Of a DNA stretch of 64,000 nucleotides, positions 28,451 to 40,891 are shown piece by piece. The position numbers and the translations under genes were made by a program. The stretch spans positions 1 to 64,000 of the forward strand of contig NZ_MWQY01000001.1 in assembly GCF_002087085.1 (NCBI RefSeq), written 5' to 3'. Position 1 is the first letter of the stretch. Each line of letters opens with the position of its first letter. The notes beneath the pieces were generated by a model. It made no database searches, was not told where the DNA came from, and worked only from the letters and a program-made list of their open reading frames with translations.

Positions 28451-31400
28451 ATGAGGGATATTCAGGATTTTGACAATATAATGATAAAGCTGGCCAGCCC
28501 CGAACAGATTCGGGCCTGGTCTTACGGCGAGGTCAAGAAGCCGGAAACTATCAACTACCGTACCCTCAGGCCGGAGAAGGACGGACTCTTTTGTGAACGT
28601 ATCTTCGGTACCACCAAAGAGTGGGAGTGTTACTGCGGAAAGTTCAAATCTATCCGTTACAAGGGGGTAATCTGCGACCGCTGCGGCGTCGAGGTGACCC
28701 ACTTCAAGGTCCGGCGGGAACGGATGGGGCATATAGAGCTGGCCTCTCCGGTATCGCATATATGGTACTACCGTTCGGTTCCCTCCCGCATGGGACTTCT
28801 TCTGGATATGACCATAGCCAGCCTCAGGGCCGTACTGTATTACGAAAAGCACGTGGTCATAGATCCCGGTGATACCGATCTCAAGTACATGGAACTCCTC
28901 AGCGAAGAGGAGTATATGGAGTCCCGGGAACGCTTCGGCATGAGTTTTACCGCCGGAATAGGGGCTGACGCCATTCGTACGCTCCTCGAGCAGCTCGATC
29001 TGGACGCCCTCAGCGCAGAACTCAGGATGAAGATGATCGAGAAGGGGGCCAAATCCGACAAGCGACTTCTCAAGAGGATCGAGATAGTAGAAAATTTCCG
29101 GGATTCCCAGAACAAGCCTGAATGGATGATTCTGGATGTAATTCCCGTCATTCCCCCGGAGCTGCGGCCCATGGTTCAGCTGGATGGGGGACGCTTTGCA
29201 ACCTCTGACCTGAACGATCTGTATCGAAGGGTAATCAACCGCAACAACAGGCTTAAGCGGCTCATGTCGTTGAATGCTCCGGATATCATTATCCGGAACG
29301 AAAAGCGGATGCTTCAGGAGGCGGTGGACGCACTTTTCGACAACTCCAAAAAGAAACGGGTGGTCAAGGGAGCCTCGAACCGGCCTCTCAAGTCCCTCTC
29401 TGATATGCTTAAGGGCAAGCAGGGTCGGTTCCGGCAGAACCTGCTGGGCAAGCGGGTCGACTATTCCGGCCGTTCGGTAATCGTTGTGGGACCGGAGCTT
29501 CGGATGCATCAGTGCGGGCTGCCGACCAAAATGGCTCTGGAGCTGTACAAGCCCTTTATCATGAAGAAGCTCGTCGAAAAGGACGTCGTCTATAACATCA
29601 AGAAGGCAAAAACCCTGGTTGAGCAGGAGACCCCTGAGGTCTGGGCTGTTCTTGACGAGGTTGTACGGGAGCATCCGGTGCTTCTGAACCGTGCGCCCAC
29701 CCTGCACCGGCTTGGTATACAGGCTTTTGAGCCTGTTCTGGTCGAGGGTAAGGCGATCAAGCTGCATCCCCTTGTGTGTCATGCCTACAACGCGGACTTT
29801 GACGGAGACCAGATGGCGGTCCATGTGCCCCTTACTCAGGCTGCACAGATTGAGTGCTGGACTATGATGCTGTCCGTCAATAACCTTTTGAACCCCGCCA
29901 ACGGGACCCCCATCGTGTTCCCTTCCCAGGATATGGTTCTTGGTATCAACTATCTGACCAAGGAACGCCCCGGTGCAAAGGGAGAGGGCAAATATTTCGG
30001 CGGTGTCGATGAGGTGCTCATCGCCCTTGATGCCAAGGCCGTGGACTATCATGCCCTGATCAAGCTGAAGATGGATGGCGGCTGGATCGAGACTACCCCC
30101 GGACGGGTCGTTCTCAACGAAGAGATGCCCGAGGGAATCGGTTTTGTAAATGTTACCCTCGGTGACAAGCAGCTCCGCGCGCTGGTGGCAAAGACCTATA
30201 AGGATTACGGTCCTTCAACAGCCGTCAAGATGCTGGATACCATCAAGGACGTGGGATTCAAGTATGCGACCCTTTTCGGTGCAACCATCGGAGTCGATGA
30301 TATCCTGATCCCGGAAGAAAAGAAGGGAATGATAGAGGCTGCCAATAATCAGGTCCTCGCCATTCAGAACCAGTATCTCCAGGGGCACATAACCCACGAA
30401 GAACGCTACAACCGTGTTGTTGAGGTGTGGTCAAAGACCAACGAAGACCTGACGAATACCCTGATGAAGTCTCTGGAACGGGACCGCGGCGGTTTTAACC
30501 CGGTTTATATGATGGCCAATTCCGGTGCCCGTGGTAGCCGTACGCAGATTCGTCAGCTGTCGGGTATGCGGGGTCTTATGGCCAAATCCTCCGGTGATAT
30601 TATCGAACTGCCCATCCGCTCCAACTTCAAGGAGGGGCTCTCGGTTATCGAGTTCTTTATCTCCACCAACGGAGCCCGTAAGGGTCTTGCGGATACCGCC
30701 CTCAAGACCGCAGGTGCCGGTTACCTTACCAGGCGTCTTGTGGATATCGCCCAGGATGTGGTGGTGAACGAGGAAGACTGCGGCACCATCAACGGAATTG
30801 ACACCCGGGCCATCAAGGACGGCGAAGAAATCGTCGAGTCCCTGATGGACCGTATCGTCGGTCGTTTTACCCTGGAACGGGTTAAACATCCCATTACCGG
30901 CGAGATTATCATAGACGTTAACGAAGAGATTACCGATGAGATTGCACAGGCAATAGAAGATGCCGGGGTGGAATCGGTTCGAATAAGAACGGTGCTGACC
31001 TGTGAGGCCCGGCACGGGGTGTGCCAGAAATGTTACGGACGTAACCTGGCAACGAACCGGACCGTCGAGATCGGAGAGGCCGTGGGTATTATCGCGGCCC
31101 AGTCCATCGGACAGCCGGGTACCCAGCTTACCATGCGTACCTTCCATATCGGAGGTGCCGCAACCAGTGTGGCGGAAGAGAACCGGACCTATCTGCGATA
31201 TCCGGTGCTTATCCGTGAGATTCAGGGTAACACGGTAACCCTGGATTCGGGAGATCGGCTTTTTACCCGAAAGGGTTTCGTGGTTGTTTCGAAGATAATG
31301 CGGCAGATTTCCCTCGAGAAGGGGGACAAGCTGCTGGTGGAAGAGGGGCAGAAGGTAATAGTCGGCGAGCCTCTTGTGAAGCGGGGAAAAGAGGAAATCC

Positions 31401-32674
31401 TGTCTGAGGAGATTGCATATATCTCCATACACGACAAGGGGTTGCTGCTGATCGCACAGGAGCAGCGGATCGACATCCGGAACGGTGCCGAGTTGCTTGT
31501 GTCTGAGGGGGATATCGTCAAGGCGGAAGAGTCCCTGGCTATATTCGATCCTTTCTCCGAGCCGATTATCGCGGAAGTGGATGGAAAGGTGCGCTTTGAA
31601 GATATCGTTCTGGGTACTACCCTGAAGGAGGAGGTGAACGAAGATACCGGGAAGATAGAGAAGAAGATTACCGAGTTCACCCTCGAAACCCTCCAACCCA
31701 GGATAATAATAGAGGACGATGAAGGAGAGGAGGTAGCTTCGTACTTCCTGCCCGGATCGGCATACCTGAACGTGGAAGACGGTGATGTGATCAAACAGGG
31801 GCGGACTCTGGTAAAGCTGCTCAAGGAGAGCGTGAAGACCCGGGACATCACCGGTGGTCTGCCGCGGGTTGACGAGCTCTTTGAGGCCCGGCACCCGAAG
31901 AGTGCTACTGTCATTGCAAAGGTCAGCGGCACGGTTCATTTCAAGGGTATTGTCAAAGGAAAGCGGGTCCTGGAGATCGAGGACGATTTCGGCGGCAAGC
32001 ACCGTCATCTTGTACCCATGGGCAAGCACCTGCTTGTCAGGGACAGGGACCTTGTGCAGGCCGGAGAGGGACTCTGCGATGGAGCTATCGATCCGCATGA
32101 TGTGCTCGATATTGAAGGTGAAAACTCTCTGCAGAGATTTCTTGTTAACGAAGTTCAGGAGGTCTACCGCCTGCAGGGTGTAAACATCAACGACAAGCAC
32201 ATCGGTGTCATCGTGCGGCAGATGATGCGCAAGGTGGAGATTGTCCAGGTGGGAGATACGAATTTCATTTTCGGACAGCAGGTCGACAAGTATCGTTTCC
32301 ACGAGGAAAACGAGAAGGTCATTCGTGAAGGAGGACAGCCGGCCGTCGCCCGTCCGTTGCTGCTTGGAATAACCCGGGCTTCCCTGAATATTGACTCCTG
32401 GGTATCTGCAGCTTCCTTCCAGGAGACGACCAAGGTTCTGACCAATGCGGCGATTTCCGGCGACACCGATTCGCTCCGCGGATTGAAGGAAAACGTGGCA
32501 ATCGGTCATCTGATTCCTGCGGGTACCGGAATGCGAAAGTACCGCAATATAAAGCTTTTTGATGAGACCAGTGATGACCTGGACGCAACTGTACAGGGCA
32601 TTCTGGAGCAGAGAAAAATCGAAAGAGAGGCGCAGATGGAGAACGGAGTCCTCGAAGAGGAGGTTGATGCATAA
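28451..32674 (+). CDS. rpoC: DNA-directed RNA polymerase subunit beta'
   Basis: [11 protein letters not shown] catalytic motif, zinc-binding Cys motifs. Confidence 0.99.
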   Translation: MRDIQDFDNIMIKLASPEQIRAWSYGEVKKPETINYRTLRPEKDGLFCERIFGTTKEWECYCGKFKSIRYKGVICDRCGVEVTHFKVRRERMGHIELASPVSHIWYYRSVPSRMGLLLDMTIASLRAVLYYEKHVVIDPGDTDLKYMELLSEEEYMESRERFGMSFTAGIGADAIRTLLEQLDLDALSAELRMKMIEKGAKSDKRLLKRIEIVENFRDSQNKPEWMILDVIPVIPPELRPMVQLDGGRFATSDLNDLYRRVINRNNRLKRLMSLNAPDIIIRNEKRMLQEAVDALFDNSKKKRVVKGASNRPLKSLSDMLKGKQGRFRQNLLGKRVDYSGRSVIVVGPELRMHQCGLPTKMALELYKPFIMKKLVEKDVVYNIKKAKTLVEQETPEVWAVLDEVVREHPVLLNRAPTLHRLGIQAFEPVLVEGKAIKLHPLVCHAYNADFDGDQMAVHVPLTQAAQIECWTMMLSVNNLLNPANGTPIVFPSQDMVLGINYLTKERPGAKGEGKYFGGVDEVLIALDAKAVDYHALIKLKMDGGWIETTPGRVVLNEEMPEGIGFVNVTLGDKQLRALVAKTYKDYGPSTAVKMLDTIKDVGFKYATLFGATIGVDDILIPEEKKGMIEAANNQVLAIQNQYLQGHITHEERYNRVVEVWSKTNEDLTNTLMKSLERDRGGFNPVYMMANSGARGSRTQIRQLSGMRGLMAKSSGDIIELPIRSNFKEGLSVIEFFISTNGARKGLADTALKTAGAGYLTRRLVDIAQDVVVNEEDCGTINGIDTRAIKDGEEIVESLMDRIVGRFTLERVKHPITGEIIIDVNEEITDEIAQAIEDAGVESVRIRTVLTCEARHGVCQKCYGRNLATNRTVEIGEAVGIIAAQSIGQPGTQLTMRTFHIGGAATSVAEENRTYLRYPVLIREIQGNTVTLDSGDRLFTRKGFVVVSKIMRQISLEKGDKLLVEEGQKVIVGEPLVKRGKEEILSEEIAYISIHDKGLLLIAQEQRIDIRNGAELLVSEGDIVKAEESLAIFDPFSEPIIAEVDGKVRFEDIVLGTTLKEEVNEDTGKIEKKITEFTLETLQPRIIIEDDEGEEVASYFLPGSAYLNVEDGDVIKQGRTLVKLLKESVKTRDITGGLPRVDELFEARHPKSATVIAKVSGTVHFKGIVKGKRVLEIEDDFGGKHRHLVPMGKHLLVRDRDLVQAGEGLCDGAIDPHDVLDIEGENSLQRFLVNEVQEVYRLQGVNINDKHIGVIVRQMMRKVEIVQVGDTNFIFGQQVDKYRFHEENEKVIREGGQPAVARPLLLGITRASLNIDSWVSAASFQETTKVLTNAAISGDTDSLRGLKENVAIGHLIPAGTGMRKYRNIKLFDETSDDLDATVQGILEQRKIEREAQMENGVLEEEVDA

Positions 32675-32749
32675 GTTCTCCGTCATGCTGAATCTGTGCC
32701 GGCTGTTTTCGGATGACATATAAACCGCCGCAGTTTGCGGCGGCTTAAC

Positions 32750-32778
32750 TTGACTTTTGTCAAGGTGACTGCTATAGT
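32750..32778 (+). promoter_or_regulatory. sigma70 promoter of rpsL-rpsG
   Basis: TTGACT-17nt-TATAGT, downstream of hairpin ccgccgca-gtt-tgcggcgg (32725-32743). Confidence 0.7.
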
Positions 32779-32817
32779 CACGACTCAAGCAATTACAATT
32801 GGGGAGTTGGATCTATA

Positions 32818-33192
32818 ATGCCGACTATTAATCAACTTATTCGTAAAGGGCGTAAGGCGACTCACAACAAGACAAAATCGCCCGCCCTGGAGTCTTGTCC
32901 TCAGAAACGGGGTGTATGTACCCGTGTTATGACTGTAACCCCGAAGAAGCCGAATTCCGCTCTGCGGAAGGTTGCGCGTGTGCGTCTTACCAACGGGTTT
33001 GAGGCGACCGCCTATATTCCCGGAATCGGGCATAATCTTCAGGAGCACTCGGTTGTTCTTTTGCGTGGCGGCCGTGTCAAGGACCTTCCCGGCGTTCGCT
33101 ATCACATAGTTCGCGGTGCCAAGGATACCCTGGGTGTCGACGATCGCAAGCAGGGCCGTTCCAAATACGGTGCCAAAAAGCCGAAGGCCTAG
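32818..33192 (+). CDS. rpsL: 30S ribosomal protein S12
   Basis: [27 protein letters not shown]. Confidence 0.99.
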   Translation: MPTINQLIRKGRKATHNKTKSPALESCPQKRGVCTRVMTVTPKKPNSALRKVARVRLTNGFEATAYIPGIGHNLQEHSVVLLRGGRVKDLPGVRYHIVRGAKDTLGVDDRKQGRSKYGAKKPKA

Positions 33193-33204
33193 GGAGAGTG
33201 CAGT

Positions 33205-33675
33205 ATGAGTAGACGTAAAGTCAGTCCGGTCCGCCCGGTGCTGCCGGATCCCAGATTCGGAAGCAAGGTTCTTGCAAAGTTTGTGTCCCGCATGATGGTG
33301 GACGGAAAGCGATCCGTTGCCCGCCGCGCAGTATATGATGCAATGGATGTTATCCAGAAAAAGATGAACGAGGAACCGCTTCAGGTTTTTCTCAAGGCCA
33401 TCGAAAACGTAAAACCCGCCGTCGAGGTTAAGTCCCGCAGGGTGGGCGGTTCCACGTATCAGGTTCCCGTCGAAGTCAGGGAGACCCGCCGTGAAGCCCT
33501 TGCAATGCGCTGGATTATCCAGGCTGCCAGGGACCGGAGCGGAAAATCCATGAGTGAACGGCTGAGCGCTGAACTTATGGACGCCTATAACAATGCCGGT
33601 GTAGCCTTCAAGAAGAAGGAAGACACCCACCGTATGGCCGAGGCCAACAAGGCTTTTTCACACTACCGCTGGTAG
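33205..33675 (+). CDS. rpsG: 30S ribosomal protein S7
   Basis: [24 protein letters not shown]. Confidence 0.99.
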   Translation: MSRRKVSPVRPVLPDPRFGSKVLAKFVSRMMVDGKRSVARRAVYDAMDVIQKKMNEEPLQVFLKAIENVKPAVEVKSRRVGGSTYQVPVEVRETRREALAMRWIIQAARDRSGKSMSERLSAELMDAYNNAGVAFKKKEDTHRMAEANKAFSHYRW

Positions 33676-33708
33676 TATGGAGTTCAGGGGGGAGATTGCC
33701 GTCCCCCC

Positions 33709-33736
33709 TTGACGTATAAGGTGTCGAGGGTATACT
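33709..33736 (+). promoter_or_regulatory. sigma70 promoter upstream of the tuf leader
   Basis: TTGACG-16nt-TATACT. Confidence 0.6.
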
Positions 33737-34058
33737 ATGGCCCTCGCACCGGAACAATTGTTTCGGTTGTTTGCGAGAGATCGCATTGCGGGTAATGAAG
33801 GGCGTTTAATGCTCCGCTGCGTGTACCTGTAATGTACGGCTCTGCGGCCAAACCGGTCGTCTTTTGTTTGGGATGATCAGGTGGTTGGGGTTTGATCTTG
33901 GATTCTATGTCTGTATTCGGACATCTCCACGATTTATCCTGTCTTTTGCCCTCCTGACTGTATGCCGGTTTTCCCGCGACCTTGAATATATTTTTATCAT
34001 GTGCTTATATAATACTTTTAAATTTTTTGCGTCTTTATGAGCGCAAGGAGGAATAGGA

Positions 34059-35249
34059 ATGGCCAAAGCAAAATTTGAGAGGACGAAGCCGCACATTAAC
34101 GTTGGTACTATTGGCCACGTTGACCACGGCAAGACTACTCTCACTGCAGCTATCACCATGTACAGTGCCACTAAGTTTGGTGGTAAGCTTATGAAGTATG
34201 ACGAGATCGACAACGCGCCGGAAGAAAAAGCGCGGGGAATCACGATCAATACTCGCCATGTCGAGTATGAAACAACTGCCCGACACTACGCTCATGTAGA
34301 CTGTCCCGGTCACGCCGACTATATCAAGAACATGATTACCGGTGCTGCACAGATGGACGGTGCTGTTATCGTAGTTGCGGCTACCGACGGTGCGATGTCT
34401 CAGACCAAGGAGCACATCCTTCTGGCCCGTCAGGTAGGTGTGCCTTCGCTGATTGTCTTCATCAACAAGTGTGACCAGGTTGACGATCCTGACCTGATCG
34501 AGCTGGTTGAGGAGGAGATGAAGGATCTTCTTAACGAGTATGGATTCCCCGGGGACGAGACTCCCATTATCAAGGGATCTGCTTTCGAGGCTATGGAGAA
34601 TCCTGACGATCCCGAGAAGACCAAGTGTATTGAAGATCTTCTCAATGCCATGGACAACTACTTCCCCGAACCCGAGCGTGCAATCGATGGTACTTTTCTT
34701 ATGCCCATCGAGGATGTTTTCTCCATCCAGGGGCGTGGTACTGTCGTCACCGGTCGTATCGAGCGCGGTATTGTCAAGGTTTCCGATGAGCTTGAAATTA
34801 TCGGAATCAAGGATACCAAGAAGACTGTCTGTACCGGTGTTGAGATGTTTAACAAGCTGCTCGACCAGGGGCAGGCCGGTGACAATATCGGTGCGCTTCT
34901 TCGCGGTACCGACAAGAAAGAGGTCGAGCGTGGACAGGTTCTCGCAAAGCCCGGTTCGATTACTCCGCACATGAAGTTTAAGGGACAGGTATACGTGCTG
35001 AACAAGGAAGAGGGCGGACGCCACTCTCCCTTCTTCTCCGGGTATCGTCCTCAGTTCTACTTCAGAACCACCGACATTACCGGTTCCATCACTCTGCCCG
35101 AAGACAAGCAGATGATCATGCCTGGTGACAATACAGAAATCAATGTTGAGCTTATTCACCCCATTGCCATGGAGAAAGGGCTTAAGTTCGCTATTCGTGA
35201 AGGCGGCCGGACGGTAGCTTCCGGTCAGGTTACCGATATCATCGAGTAA
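34059..35249 (+). CDS. tuf: Elongation factor Tu
   Basis: [26 protein letters not shown]. Confidence 0.99.
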   Translation: MAKAKFERTKPHINVGTIGHVDHGKTTLTAAITMYSATKFGGKLMKYDEIDNAPEEKARGITINTRHVEYETTARHYAHVDCPGHADYIKNMITGAAQMDGAVIVVAATDGAMSQTKEHILLARQVGVPSLIVFINKCDQVDDPDLIELVEEEMKDLLNEYGFPGDETPIIKGSAFEAMENPDDPEKTKCIEDLLNAMDNYFPEPERAIDGTFLMPIEDVFSIQGRGTVVTGRIERGIVKVSDELEIIGIKDTKKTVCTGVEMFNKLLDQGQAGDNIGALLRGTDKKEVERGQVLAKPGSITPHMKFKGQVYVLNKEEGGRHSPFFSGYRPQFYFRTTDITGSITLPEDKQMIMPGDNTEINVELIHPIAMEKGLKFAIREGGRTVASGQVTDIIE

Positions 35250-35261
35250 GATTATTCTGTC

Positions 35262-35295
35262 GGGTCCCGCCCGCTTTGAGGCGGGGCCTTTTTTT
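35262..35295 (+). terminator. Terminator-like hairpin between tuf and rpsJ
   Basis: ggtcccgcc-cgctttga-ggcggggcc + TTTTTTT directly before AGGAGG. Confidence 0.7.
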
Positions 35296-35305
35296 AGGAG
35301 GAAGG

Positions 35306-35614
35306 ATGGCGAAGAATAGAATTCGCGTGCGGCTGCGGGGCTTTGATGTGGAGCTTGTTGATCAGAGCGCCAAATCCATCGTGCAGACCGTTGGTAAAGC
35401 CGGTGCGAGGGTTGCGGGACCGATTCCGCTGCCTACACGGATTAACAAATTCACCGTACTGCGTTCTCCCCACGTAAACAAGAAGGCGAGGGAGCAGTTC
35501 GAAATGCGTACGCACAAGCGACTGATTGATATTCTGGATCCGACGTCCAAGGTGATGGACGCCCTTATGAAGTTAGAGTTGCCCGCCGGAGTTGATGTAG
35601 AAATCAAGCAGTAG
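35306..35614 (+). CDS. rpsJ: 30S ribosomal protein S10
   Basis: [20 protein letters not shown]; start follows AGGAGG. Confidence 0.98.
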   Translation: MAKNRIRVRLRGFDVELVDQSAKSIVQTVGKAGARVAGPIPLPTRINKFTVLRSPHVNKKAREQFEMRTHKRLIDILDPTSKVMDALMKLELPAGVDVEIKQ

Positions 35615-35687
35615 GCTTTAGCGGCAATAATACGTCTGTCTGCCGTACATGCACACAGACCAATTTTATTGATCGAGGTTTTATACC

Positions 35688-36311
35688 ATGTTGGGATTGT
35701 TGGGAAAAAAGCTTGGGATGACCCAGGTGTTCGATGAGAGGGGTGTTCTTACCCCCGTTACCGTAATAGAAATTGTAGAAAATACCATATTGAATAACAG
35801 AACCGAAGAAAAGGACGGATATACCGCAGCGGTTCTGGGCGCCTTTGAGCAGAAGGAATCCAGGCTGTCGAAACCGGTTCTTGGACAGTTCAATAAGAGC
35901 GGATCTTCTCCGAAAAGGATTGTTCAGGAAGTCCGGGATCCTGATTTTGAAGGCGAACCGGGAACTTCCCTGGGTATCGATCTTTTCGAAGGGATCCGGT
36001 TTGTTGATGTTATCGGCGATTCGAAAGGAAAGGGCTATCAGGGAGTTATGAAGCGCCACGGTTTCAAGGGTGGTAGAGCTACCCATGGTTCCAAGTTTCA
36101 CAGAGGCTTGGGAAGTACCGGTATGGCAGCGACTCCTTCGCGGGTGCTGAAGGGCAAGAAGATGCCCGGACGGATGGGGAATGAACGGGTGACTGTTCAG
36201 AATCTCCTGGTTGTAAAGATCGATCCTGAGAAAAACGCCCTGCTGGTGAAAGGAGCTGTCCCTGGCCCCAAGAACGGCGTTGTGTTTGTTCGGAAAGCCA
36301 AGAAGCGATAG
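35688..36311 (+). CDS. rplC: 50S ribosomal protein L3
   Basis: [20 protein letters not shown]. Confidence 0.98.
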   Translation: MLGLLGKKLGMTQVFDERGVLTPVTVIEIVENTILNNRTEEKDGYTAAVLGAFEQKESRLSKPVLGQFNKSGSSPKRIVQEVRDPDFEGEPGTSLGIDLFEGIRFVDVIGDSKGKGYQGVMKRHGFKGGRATHGSKFHRGLGSTGMAATPSRVLKGKKMPGRMGNERVTVQNLLVVKIDPEKNALLVKGAVPGPKNGVVFVRKAKKR

Positions 36312-36349
36312 CGACCGATTTAGCAGGATTATTAGAATAGAGGCGATCA

Positions 36350-36988
36350 ATGGAAAAGAAGGTTTTGTCTACGGACGGAAAAGAGATACGAAGCATCGAG
36401 CTGTCGGATGAGGTCTTTGGCCGTGAGGTCAGCGATGGTGCTATTTATTATGCCATTCGAAACGAACTGGCGAATATGCGGATAGGTACCGCTTCCACGA
36501 AAACCCGAAGCGAGGTTCGTGGTTCAGGGGCAAAGCCCTGGAGTCAGAAGGGTACCGGCCGGGCACGTTCCGGGCACCGCAGGTCCCCTGTGTGGGTCGG
36601 GGGTGGAACGGTTTTTGGTCCCAAGCCCCGGGATTACAGCTATACCGTTCCCAAAAAAATGAAGCGTGCTGCGATGAAGTCGATTCTGAGCATGAAAGCG
36701 AAGGACGATTCTCTGGTGGTGGTAGAGGATTTTACTGTCGACAGCGGGAAGACAAAAGATCTATCCCTTATCCTCCGGAACCTTACAGCCGGTGAGCGGA
36801 CTGTTATGATCCTGAAGGACGATGACGCGATGGTTAAGCGCGCCGGCCGGAATATTCCCTGGTTGACGATTCTTTCCTACAATCGTCTGCGGGCTCATGA
36901 TCTTTTTTATGGCAGGAAGCTGCTGGTTCTGGAAACTGCCGTAAAGAATCTGAATGATTTCTATGCAGGACAGGCTTCCAAAGCCTAA
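36350..36988 (+). CDS. rplD: 50S ribosomal protein L4
   Basis: KPWSQKGTGRAR. Confidence 0.98.
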   Translation: MEKKVLSTDGKEIRSIELSDEVFGREVSDGAIYYAIRNELANMRIGTASTKTRSEVRGSGAKPWSQKGTGRARSGHRRSPVWVGGGTVFGPKPRDYSYTVPKKMKRAAMKSILSMKAKDDSLVVVEDFTVDSGKTKDLSLILRNLTAGERTVMILKDDDAMVKRAGRNIPWLTILSYNRLRAHDLFYGRKLLVLETAVKNLNDFYAGQASKA

Positions 36989-37002
36989 GGTGGTGAGATT
37001 AT

Positions 37003-37305
37003 ATGGATACACAACAGATAATCATTGAGCCGGTTCTGACCGAAAAGACCAATCTGATGCGGGAAGGCGATCAGAAGAAATACGTTTTCAAGGTGCATCC
37101 CTGGGCCAACAAGAATATGGTGATGCGGGCCATGAAGGAACTTTTCGATGTCAAGCCTGTTAAGTGCAATATCGTAAATGTCAAGGCAAAGCCCCGTTCG
37201 ACCAGGACGAAGCACGGTGTACGCCGCGGCAGCACAACTCCCTGGAAGAAGGCGATCGTTACCCTGGCATCAGGCGATAAGATCGAAATCATCGACGGCA
37301 TTTAA
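37003..37305 (+). CDS. rplW: 50S ribosomal protein L23
   Basis: PVLTEK, WKKAIVTL. Confidence 0.97.
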   Translation: MDTQQIIIEPVLTEKTNLMREGDQKKYVFKVHPWANKNMVMRAMKELFDVKPVKCNIVNVKAKPRSTRTKHGVRRGSTTPWKKAIVTLASGDKIEIIDGI

Positions 37306-37328
37306 CACAGCGGTAAGGAGAAGCGAGA

Positions 37329-38153
37329 ATGGGTATAAAGAAATACAAGCCGAGAACCCCGGCTTTGCGGTATAAAACGTCTCTTACGTTTGAAGAAATA
37401 ACCGCAACCAAATCTGAAAAGGCTCTTACCATCGGGAAATTTCAGAAGGCCGGAAGGGGCGCTGGCGGACGTATCAGTGTCCGGCGCAGGGGCGGCGGAC
37501 ATAAACGAAAATACAGGGTCATCGACTTTAAAAGGGACAAATATGGAATACCCGGCAAGGTCGCTACCATAGAATATGATCCCAACCGCAGCGCTAACAT
37601 TGCTCTGATACATTACGCCGACGGCGAAAAGCGGTACATCCTGGCCCCCAGGGGTCTGAAGGTCGGCATGTCCATCGTCAGCGGTGAAAACGCACCGAAA
37701 GAGATTGGAAACGCTCTTCCCCTGGAGAATATCAACCTTGGTATGACTGTTCATAACGTCGAGCTCCAGAAGGGGCGTGGCGGACAGCTTGTCAGGGCAG
37801 CCGGAATGGGTGCGACCCTGGTTGCCAAAGAGGATGACTACGTAACTCTTAAGCTGCCATCCGGGGAGATGCGTCTTGTTTTCAAGAAGTGCATGGCTAC
37901 TCTTGGAGAAATTGGAAACGAAGATCACATGAACGTTTCCATCGGAAAGGCCGGTCGTTCACGCTGGCTTGGAAAGAGGCCGAAGGTCCGGGGTGTAGTG
38001 ATGAACCCCGTTGATCACCCCCATGGAGGCGGTGAAGGAAGAACTTCCGGCGGACGTCATCCGGTTACCCCCTGGGGTCAGCCTACCAAGGGTTACAAGA
38101 CACGGAAGAAGAGAAAATCCTCCGGCAAGTTTATTGTCAAGAAGCGGAAATAG
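37329..38153 (+). CDS. rplB: 50S ribosomal protein L2
   Basis: [22 protein letters not shown]. Confidence 0.99.
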   Translation: MGIKKYKPRTPALRYKTSLTFEEITATKSEKALTIGKFQKAGRGAGGRISVRRRGGGHKRKYRVIDFKRDKYGIPGKVATIEYDPNRSANIALIHYADGEKRYILAPRGLKVGMSIVSGENAPKEIGNALPLENINLGMTVHNVELQKGRGGQLVRAAGMGATLVAKEDDYVTLKLPSGEMRLVFKKCMATLGEIGNEDHMNVSIGKAGRSRWLGKRPKVRGVVMNPVDHPHGGGEGRTSGGRHPVTPWGQPTKGYKTRKKRKSSGKFIVKKRK

Positions 38154-38162
38154 GAGAGAGTC

Positions 38163-38444
38163 GTGGCGCGTTCTATAAAGAAAGGACCATTTATCGAGAA
38201 GAAGCTGTACAAGCGTATACTCGAGATGAGCAAATCCGGTGAGAAACGGATGATCAAGACCTACTCCCGGTGTTCTACGATTATTCCTGAGATGGTTGGA
38301 TTAACTATTTCGGTTTATAACGGTAAGAGCTGGGTGCCGGTTTATGTAACGGAAAACCTGGTCGGACACAAGCTTGGAGAGTTTTCCCCGACAAGAATTT
38401 TCCGTGGTCATGCAGGTTCTGACAAGAAAGCCGGAAAGAGATAG
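38163..38444 (+). CDS. rpsS: 30S ribosomal protein S19
   Basis: [22 protein letters not shown] start. Confidence 0.98.
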   Translation: MARSIKKGPFIEKKLYKRILEMSKSGEKRMIKTYSRCSTIIPEMVGLTISVYNGKSWVPVYVTENLVGHKLGEFSPTRIFRGHAGSDKKAGKR

Positions 38445-38459
38445 GTGAGGCAATAAGAT

Positions 38460-38822
38460 ATGGAAGCGAAGAAAGGCTATAAAGCTAATATTCGGCATCT
38501 GCTGATTGCTCCGACCAAGTTGCGCCGGGTTGCAAACGTAGTCCGGAACAAGCCTTACGTCGAGGCAATGGCTATTCTTGAAAGTCTGCCTCAGAAGGGA
38601 GCGAAATTCCTGACCAAGGCGATTCATTCTGCTGCGGCCAATGCCCTGGTACAGAATAAGCAGCTTGACGAAGAGATGCTGTATATCAAGGATCTGCAGA
38701 TCAACGAAGGTCCGAGGCTCAGGCGTCTGTGGGCTCGTGCGCGGGGACGCCGGGACATCCTGCAGAAACGTATGAGTCATATATCTGTAGTCGTAGACGA
38801 AATTGCTGAGAGGGGTAAATAG
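38460..38822 (+). CDS. rplV: 50S ribosomal protein L22
   Basis: SAAANA, ARARGR...KRMSHI. Confidence 0.97.
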   Translation: MEAKKGYKANIRHLLIAPTKLRRVANVVRNKPYVEAMAILESLPQKGAKFLTKAIHSAAANALVQNKQLDEEMLYIKDLQINEGPRLRRLWARARGRRDILQKRMSHISVVVDEIAERGK

Positions 38823-38823
38823 G

Positions 38824-39531
38824 ATGGGGCAGAAAGTTAATCCCATTGGATTGCGTTTAGGAATCAACAAAACATGGTCTTCCAAATGGTATGTGGATCC
38901 CAGGGAATACGCTGATACCCTTCATGAAGACCTTGCTCTCAGGAAGGCTCTCGCCGCATCTCCCGAGGCTCAGGGTGCTGAGATATCCGAAGTTGAGATT
39001 ATCAGGCATCCCCAGAGGATAACCATCGTAATTCACACCTCCAGACCGGGAATTATCATCGGTGCCAAGGGTGCGAATATAGAAAAGGTGGGCGGTCGTC
39101 TTCAGAAGATTGCCAACAAGAAAATCCAGCTTAAGATCAAAGAGGTTAAACGACCGGAGGTCAACGCTCAGATAATCGCCCAGAATGTTGCACGGCAGCT
39201 GAAGTCCCGCGGTTCCTTCCGGCGGGCCCTCAAGATGGCTGTAAATAACGCCATGAAAGCCGGTGTGCAGGGTGTCAAGGTGCGCGTAGCAGGACGTCTT
39301 GGCGGTGCCGAGATGTCCAGGACCGAACAGTATAAGGACGGACGGGTTCCTCTTCATACACTGAGGGCGAATATTGATTACGGTACCGCCGAGGCCGACA
39401 CCACCTTCGGCGTTATCGGGGTTAAAGTCTGGGTTTTTACCGGCGAAGTATATCGGAAGGATCGAAAGGAAGACGCAGGGCTCCTGGTTCGGAAAAAGAA
39501 AACCCCCGCTGCTGCGTCGGAGAGGAGCTAA
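38824..39531 (+). CDS. rpsC: 30S ribosomal protein S3
   Basis: [23 protein letters not shown]. Confidence 0.98.
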   Translation: MGQKVNPIGLRLGINKTWSSKWYVDPREYADTLHEDLALRKALAASPEAQGAEISEVEIIRHPQRITIVIHTSRPGIIIGAKGANIEKVGGRLQKIANKKIQLKIKEVKRPEVNAQIIAQNVARQLKSRGSFRRALKMAVNNAMKAGVQGVKVRVAGRLGGAEMSRTEQYKDGRVPLHTLRANIDYGTAEADTTFGVIGVKVWVFTGEVYRKDRKEDAGLLVRKKKTPAAASERS

Positions 39532-39534
39532 GCG

Positions 39535-39957
39535 ATGCTGAGTCCAAAGAGAACGAAGTTCAGGAAACAACACCGTCAGGTTCGTCGTCTGAAAAAGACA
39601 GCTAACCGGGGGAATAAGATATCCTTTGGAGATTTCGGGTTGATTGCCCTTGAGGGTGAGTGGATAACCAACCGGCAGATAGAAGCTGCCCGTATCGCGA
39701 TGACCAGACACGTAAAGCGTGGCGGTAAGGTCTGGATCAGGATATTCCCTGACGTTCCTTACACAAAGAAACCTGCTGAAACGCGGATGGGAAAAGGTAA
39801 GGGTAACCCCGAAACCTGGGTAGCTGTGGTCAAAGAGGGAACCGTAATGTTCGAGATGGCGGGTGTCCCCCTTGAGCTTGCGCAGGAAGCTATGAAACTT
39901 GCTGCATCCAAGCTGCCCATCAAGACGAAGTTCGCCGTACGGCGGGATTTGGAGTAA
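39535..39957 (+). CDS. rplP: 50S ribosomal protein L16
   Basis: [15 protein letters not shown]. Confidence 0.98.
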   Translation: MLSPKRTKFRKQHRQVRRLKKTANRGNKISFGDFGLIALEGEWITNRQIEAARIAMTRHVKRGGKVWIRIFPDVPYTKKPAETRMGKGKGNPETWVAVVKEGTVMFEMAGVPLELAQEAMKLAASKLPIKTKFAVRRDLE

Positions 39958-39962
39958 TAGCT

Positions 39963-40178
39963 ATGAAGAACTCATTTTCTGATCTTACGTATGATGAGCT
40001 TCTGCTGAAGCGTGAGGAGCTGAAATCGAAGCTCCGTGAACACCGGTTTAACAAGGTGCTTGGGCACGTGGAAAATCCGGTGGAAAAACGTAACCTGCGT
40101 CGAAGCGTAGCTCGTTTGAACACGATTATCCACGAGTATGCCCTTGGAATGCGAGTACCGGAAGAAGGTAGGAAATAG
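39963..40178 (+). CDS. rpmC: 50S ribosomal protein L29
   Basis: Position between rplP and rps[10 protein letters not shown]. Confidence 0.95.
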   Translation: MKNSFSDLTYDELLLKREELKSKLREHRFNKVLGHVENPVEKRNLRRSVARLNTIIHEYALGMRVPEEGRK

Positions 40179-40180
40179 AA

Positions 40181-40471
40181 ATGGATACTATGGATAAAGA
40201 CGCGGTGGAAAAGACAAGTAACGAAACCGGCAAAAAGGTGTATACCGGGGTGGTCGTCAGTGACAAAATGGACAAGTCCATTGTGATTCAGGTTTCGACA
40301 CGGCAGCTGCACCCCTTGTATAAGAAATATGTCGCCCGGTCAAAGAAGTTTATGGCCCATGATGAGAATAATGATGCACATATCGGAGATACTGTACGCA
40401 TTGTTGAGTCCCGGCCCATGAGTAAGCGAAAAACCTGGAAGCTGGTTGAAATTGTAGAGCGCGCGAAATAA
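40181..40471 (+). CDS. rpsQ: 30S ribosomal protein S17
   Basis: [20 protein letters not shown]. Confidence 0.98.
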   Translation: MDTMDKDAVEKTSNETGKKVYTGVVVSDKMDKSIVIQVSTRQLHPLYKKYVARSKKFMAHDENNDAHIGDTVRIVESRPMSKRKTWKLVEIVERAK

Positions 40472-40501
40472 TCCGACGCGACATGAGGGAGAAGAATTAC
40501 C

Positions 40502-40870
40502 ATGGTACAGATGCAGACATATCTGAATGTTGCCGACAACAGCGGAGCAAAGCGCGTCCAGTGTATTAAGGTGCTCGGAGGCAGTAAAAGAAAATATGCC
40601 GGAGTCGGCGATATTATAGTAGTTGCGGTGAAGGATGCTCTTCCCAATGCTGCCATCAAGAGCGGGGATGTCCAGAAGGCTGTAATCGTGCGGACTAAAA
40701 AGGAGTTTCGTCGCCCGGACGGAACCTACATCCGCTTTGATGACAACGCCTGCGTTATTATTGACGCAAACCTTAATCCCCGGGGAAAGCGTATTTTCGG
40801 GCCTGTAGCCAGGGAGCTTAGAGATACCGGTTTCATGAAAATCGTATCACTGGCTCCAGAGGTCCTTTAG
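40502..40870 (+). CDS. rplN: 50S ribosomal protein L14
   Basis: [19 protein letters not shown]. Confidence 0.99.
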   Translation: MVQMQTYLNVADNSGAKRVQCIKVLGGSKRKYAGVGDIIVVAVKDALPNAAIKSGDVQKAVIVRTKKEFRRPDGTYIRFDDNACVIIDANLNPRGKRIFGPVARELRDTGFMKIVSLAPEVL

Positions 40871-40891
40871 GCTCTGCACGAGGTATAAAGG

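Noticed and set aside
33737..33832. 31-codon leader peptide ORF upstream of tuf
   Set aside because: The ATG directly abuts the -10 box and so lies upstream of the likely TSS; no RBS
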